Source: Chiloscyllium plagiosum (lineage: Eukaryota). Taken from it: 37,794 nucleotides of DNA. Location: positions 41,301,129 through 41,338,922 of the forward strand of contig NC_057719.1 in the NCBI RefSeq assembly GCF_004010195.1, written 5' to 3'. Position 1 is the stretch's first letter; every line of letters begins with the position of its first letter. Positions 33,990 through 37,794 of the stretch are shown in pieces. Position numbers and translations under genes: made by a program. The notes beneath the pieces were generated by a model that searched no databases, was not told where the DNA came from, and saw nothing but the letters and a program-made list of their open reading frames with translations.

Positions 33990-34370
33990 TAGTCCTTTAC
34001 ATTTCAACTGAATCTCCCCTTAACATCTCCTCTGTTCCAAAGAAAGCAAACCTAGCCCATGCACTCTTTTCTTATTGCTAAAATTCTCATTCCTGGCAAT
34101 ATCTTCAAGAATCTCTTCCATACCCTTAATAATGCAATAATGCATATTCTGTTATGTAGTGACTATCCTATTTGAAGTAATTTAACTGCATTCTAGCTTG
34201 AGTCTTTCACATTGCCAGCATAATCTCCCTGCTGTTATATGTTATACTTAAGCTAAAACAGGAAAGTAATCTTTATGCCTTCTAGGCTACATTATCTACA
34301 GGTACCTACAGAAATCTGTAGCAAACATTTCAAGGTCAGTTTGTTCCTTGACATTTTTCAGCATCTTTGT
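33990..34370 (-). mobile_element. Highly decayed CR1 RT/3' fragment
   Basis: Minus strand gggctaggtttgctttctttggaacagaggagatgttaaggggaga encodes an LGL.SLE.RR.RG-type motif. Confidence 0.55.
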
Positions 34371-34914
34371 CCTCCCTGTATTCACACTTGGTTACTACAT
34401 AAACACCTCCTTAATTCATTGCCAAAACTGTAAACTATAGAATTCAACTCAGAGTTTACCCTTTATTCTACAATCAACAGGCTATGAAAAGCTTGTGTTT
34501 AGTGTCACCTTTTCATCACATACTCATTCATACCACCTTCTCTTCCTCTCCACACAATTGTTATAATGTCCTGCATTGACCTTGCAGGTTCAACTAAAAT
34601 AAAATTGTCATCCACCTGGATTGTAGGATAAGAAAGGAATTCATAAATCAGGAACCAGTTTCTCCGTGACTCAATAACTATTTTTTCCTCTTTGCTCCAT
34701 TCTAGCATAGTTTAATGTTGGTGTTGGATTTCAATTTCTCATTTGCCAGATTTTGATATAGTTGAAATATTAGATTCCCTCACTTAATGTACTTTTGTTC
34801 ATATTGGTAAAATGGCTAATTGATCTGATCTGCTGTTGAAATCCTCATCCATATTTGCTTCGTTTAGATTGGATTATTCCATTCCACCCTTCTGAAATAT
34901 GAACTTATCCAAGA

Positions 34915-35090
34915 CTCACCAATTCCCATTCACACATTATCCCTGTGGTGATTGATCTACATGAGGTCTTGGTCCAGGTCTTTCTCAAAGTTGATATTCA
35001 CATCCTTGCTCTCAAATCCCTCCTGAACATGTGCTTATCTCTAAAATCTCTTCCACAAATTCTGTGCTTCTCCAGTTCGGGCTCTTCTAT
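34915..35090 (+). mobile_element. L2-like LINE 3' fragment, decayed
   Basis: cccattcacac..ccctgtg..catccttgctctcaaatccctcc..tctgtgcttctccagttcgggctctt resembles the L2 ORF2 C-terminus. Confidence 0.4.
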
Positions 35091-36730
35091 TATTGCACAA
35101 ATCTGAAGAAGGCACAAAACCTTTCAGACAGCTAGATGACATCATGATATTTGATACTCTTGGCTGAAAGGTTTCTATGGAACTTTGTTCAGCTGAACCT
35201 GATATCTTCAATTAGTTGAACAGCCAGCCAGCCAGCCTATCAGTCAGTTAGTTAGTGAGTTAACCATGTGCATAATATATTCGTATTATATAACCTGAAC
35301 TATAAGCAAGTCTGAAATGTCATATTAGTGTACATAGTTAGTTGTTAATAAACTTCCAGATGTCTGTTTCAATAAGAACCCACATCTCAGTGGTATATGT
35401 TACATGGCTAACAAATAGAAAACTGCACCACATCACTAGACTCTAATACACCCCCAATTTTATGATTCCACCATTAAACATGGGGAAAAACCTTAAGAAC
35501 AGCCTCAACAACATTTTGTGGAAAGGACATCCAGACTTATATCAGAAAATCAGAAAATGCTTTCTAACATCATTGTTGAACAGCCTCGTTTTTAACCATT
35601 ACAAATAATATATAGCCTGCAAAACAGACTCTTTGGCCCGATCAGTCAATACAACCCTTTATAGACTTCATTGTTTAACTACCAGGATACCCATTTTCCT
35701 CCTTCCTTTAAAAACATTTCTGCTATCACTGCAATCACTCCCCAAATCCTCCCACCAACTTTAGGGAAAGAAAAGCTTCAGAATTCTGTATTAGATTTCT
35801 TGTGGCTATCTTACATTGATGGCTTCTTGTTTTGCTCTCCCTGATAAGTAGAAATATTGTGCTGGATTTTACCAGAAAACAGGTAAGTGTCAACTTTGCT
35901 GAGTTTTATTGAGGGGTTCTCTCTATGAATACCTACAAGATTTCTGACACTATTCTCTGAAACCTGCTTCCTTAACTTTGCACCACAACTCAATGACCTC
36001 CCTCTCATCCTATCTTCTCTCTCACTAGAGGCTGAAGTACTCACCACTGTTGGGACCACCTGGGATTCCTGGCACCAATGCCATATTTAAAGCCCAGGTC
36101 AAATGCTGCCAATCAGGAGTTGTCTTTTATTATTGTTCCTGGTAAGAAAGGTCCAAACAGAAATGCTTCTCAAGACACATTGATGGTACAACTGATACTT
36201 CATTGTGCAAGTTCTCATTAGTAAATGTATTGCTATTTAAGAAGCAAGTTACATAGCTTACTCATTCTTAGCTTTATCCCGTCTCAGAATCCTAGTTAAC
36301 AGAGTGCTAATCCCCCAGTACCAAGTGTACACCACATCTCAGTCATCTCAACCATTACACTGCATGACTTTGACAGGGGGATAGTTGGAGGTATTGGAGC
36401 AACATGCTGGGATACATTTGGGACAATAATTGGAAAGTATGGCAACTCAGCATTAGAAAACATGGGTTCCTGAAGTCTCTCTGCACTTTCCACTCAGGAT
36501 ACTGCAGAGGAAGCCAAGCCCTCCACCTCCACCCTGCTCACCCACCTCTGACCCTTGGAAGTTCAAGTTGATAAAGGTCAACTTGCCTCTAAAAAGGCAA
36601 CCCTCAGCATGTCTGCCCCATCGAGTTACAAGTGCCCCCAAGGTTACCTGACCAAACTTCCAAGGCCAACAGGCTCAACAGCAAAGCAGGCTCCCTCCAT
36701 TCCAGCAGCAGAATCAGGGAGTTCGCTAAG

Positions 36731-36769
<39 letters not shown>
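36731..36769. repeat. Compound (AT)n(AG)n microsatellite
   Basis: Directly visible. Confidence 0.97.
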
Positions 36770-36773
<4 letters not shown>

Positions 36774-37414
36774 AGAAAGCCCACTGAGGACACTTTGGTG
36801 GGCAGAGTTAAAAAAGGCTTGTACATAAATCTCAGGGTGTATACAAATGTTCCTTTCATGTTAACTTTCATGTCTTTGTGGATCTTTTTGTATAGGGGTT
36901 CAATGTGTTTTCACACCATTCAGCAGCACTTCATGGCCATAGTTGAGGTGACCATGCCTTGTGCATTTGTTTTCTCACCTTCCTTGACATATTGGCACTC
37001 TTCACAACGGATAACTTCCCCTCCTGAAATTCACCCTTCCCAGCTTTGTTTTCTTGTATCCTGGTGCAGACCACTCCACAACTGCACTGTATTCTGGTGC
37101 AAAACCTGCATCTCCCAGTCCCAAACAATAACCTGCTGCGGGTCAGTCCCACAGCAACAGCCAAACTTGTGCCCCTCCCCCTGTCTGACTAATTCTTGTG
37201 GATGGACCCAATGGACTGACTGTGACCCACCCCATTGACTGGCAGGATCAGACAGTCTGAGGCAAGATGTGTCCAAACTCCTGGTTGGTGCCAATACATC
37301 TCCCTGATCAGGTTAGCCTGATCTCCTGGACATATACTATGGAACCAAAGGACTGACTGTGACTTACTCTCCATACTGCAAAGACATAGGTCCCCTGATT
37401 GATAAAACCATGAC

Positions 37415-37670
37415 TTATCATGGTTATGGGGGATTTTAACATGCAGGTAGACTGGGAGAATCAGGATGGTATTGGGCCACAAGAAAAAGACTTTGTGGAG
37501 TGCCTCAGAGATGGATTCTTAGAGCAGCTGGTGCTGGAGCCGACCAGGGAGAAGGCAAATCTGGATCTGGTATTGTGTAATGAACCAGAATTGGTCAGAG
37601 ACCTCTAAGTGAAGGAGCCATTGGGAAGTAGTGACCATAATACAATAAGCTTCAATCTGCAATTTGAGAC
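37415..37670 (+). mobile_element. CR1 ORF2 endonuclease fragment
   Basis: VMGDFNMQVDW, FLEQLVLEPTR, LDLVLCNE, LGSSDHN. Confidence 0.9.
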
Positions 37671-37794
37671 CATCGCTGAAGGTCTTGTCCAGAAAGATCT
37701 CATTTTCTCGGATGAGCCTAAGGTCTTCGAGTTCTTTCGTCAGCGCTGCAATATGACAGTGGAGGAACAATGGCAGATATTTCTGGGTATAATG
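37671..37794 (-). mobile_element. CR1 ORF1 N-terminal fragment running off the window edge
   Basis: Minus strand IAALTKELEDLRLIRENEIFLDKTFS resembles the CR1 ORF1 coiled-coil (cf. 25982 LERQLETIR). Confidence 0.6.

Noticed and set aside
35150..35435. Solo LTR (AATAAA at ~35347, ending ..acatca)
   Set aside because: No definable 5' TG terminus or TSD.
36555..37238. 227-aa plus-strand ORF as a host gene
   Set aside because: Non-ATG start, reads through the (AT)n(AG)n microsatellite (YIYIERERERER), no recognisable domain.

Overview
Repeat-rich vertebrate DNA, most likely from an elasmobranch (shark or ray): it carries an HE1-type V-SINE, SacSINE1/Deu-type SINEs and HER1/CR1 LINEs. I could not identify a host protein-coding gene; most of the window is decayed CR1, Rex1/Babar, RTE, L2 and Penelope-like retroelements, often nested. 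The centrepiece is a 7.17-kb endogenous retrovirus (12523-19692) inserted into a SINE, with both LTRs (TG...CA), a 4-bp target-site duplication (CAAC), a tRNA-Ser-like primer-binding site and a polypurine tract. Its genes are decayed gag, pro, RT and env; RNase H and most of integrase are deleted. Most striking, the reconstructed env TM subunit aligns without gaps to ebolavirus GP2, including the Cys-bounded internal fusion loop and both N-glycan sites. The provirus also shows a coiled-coil Gag with two zinc knuckles, an in-frame TGA-CARYYA gag/pro junction, 21-bp U3 repeats and a hairpin at the start of R. Several Penelope-like insertions carry minimal hammerhead ribozyme motifs and long palindromes. 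All family assignments are by eye against remembered consensus sequences; no searches were run.
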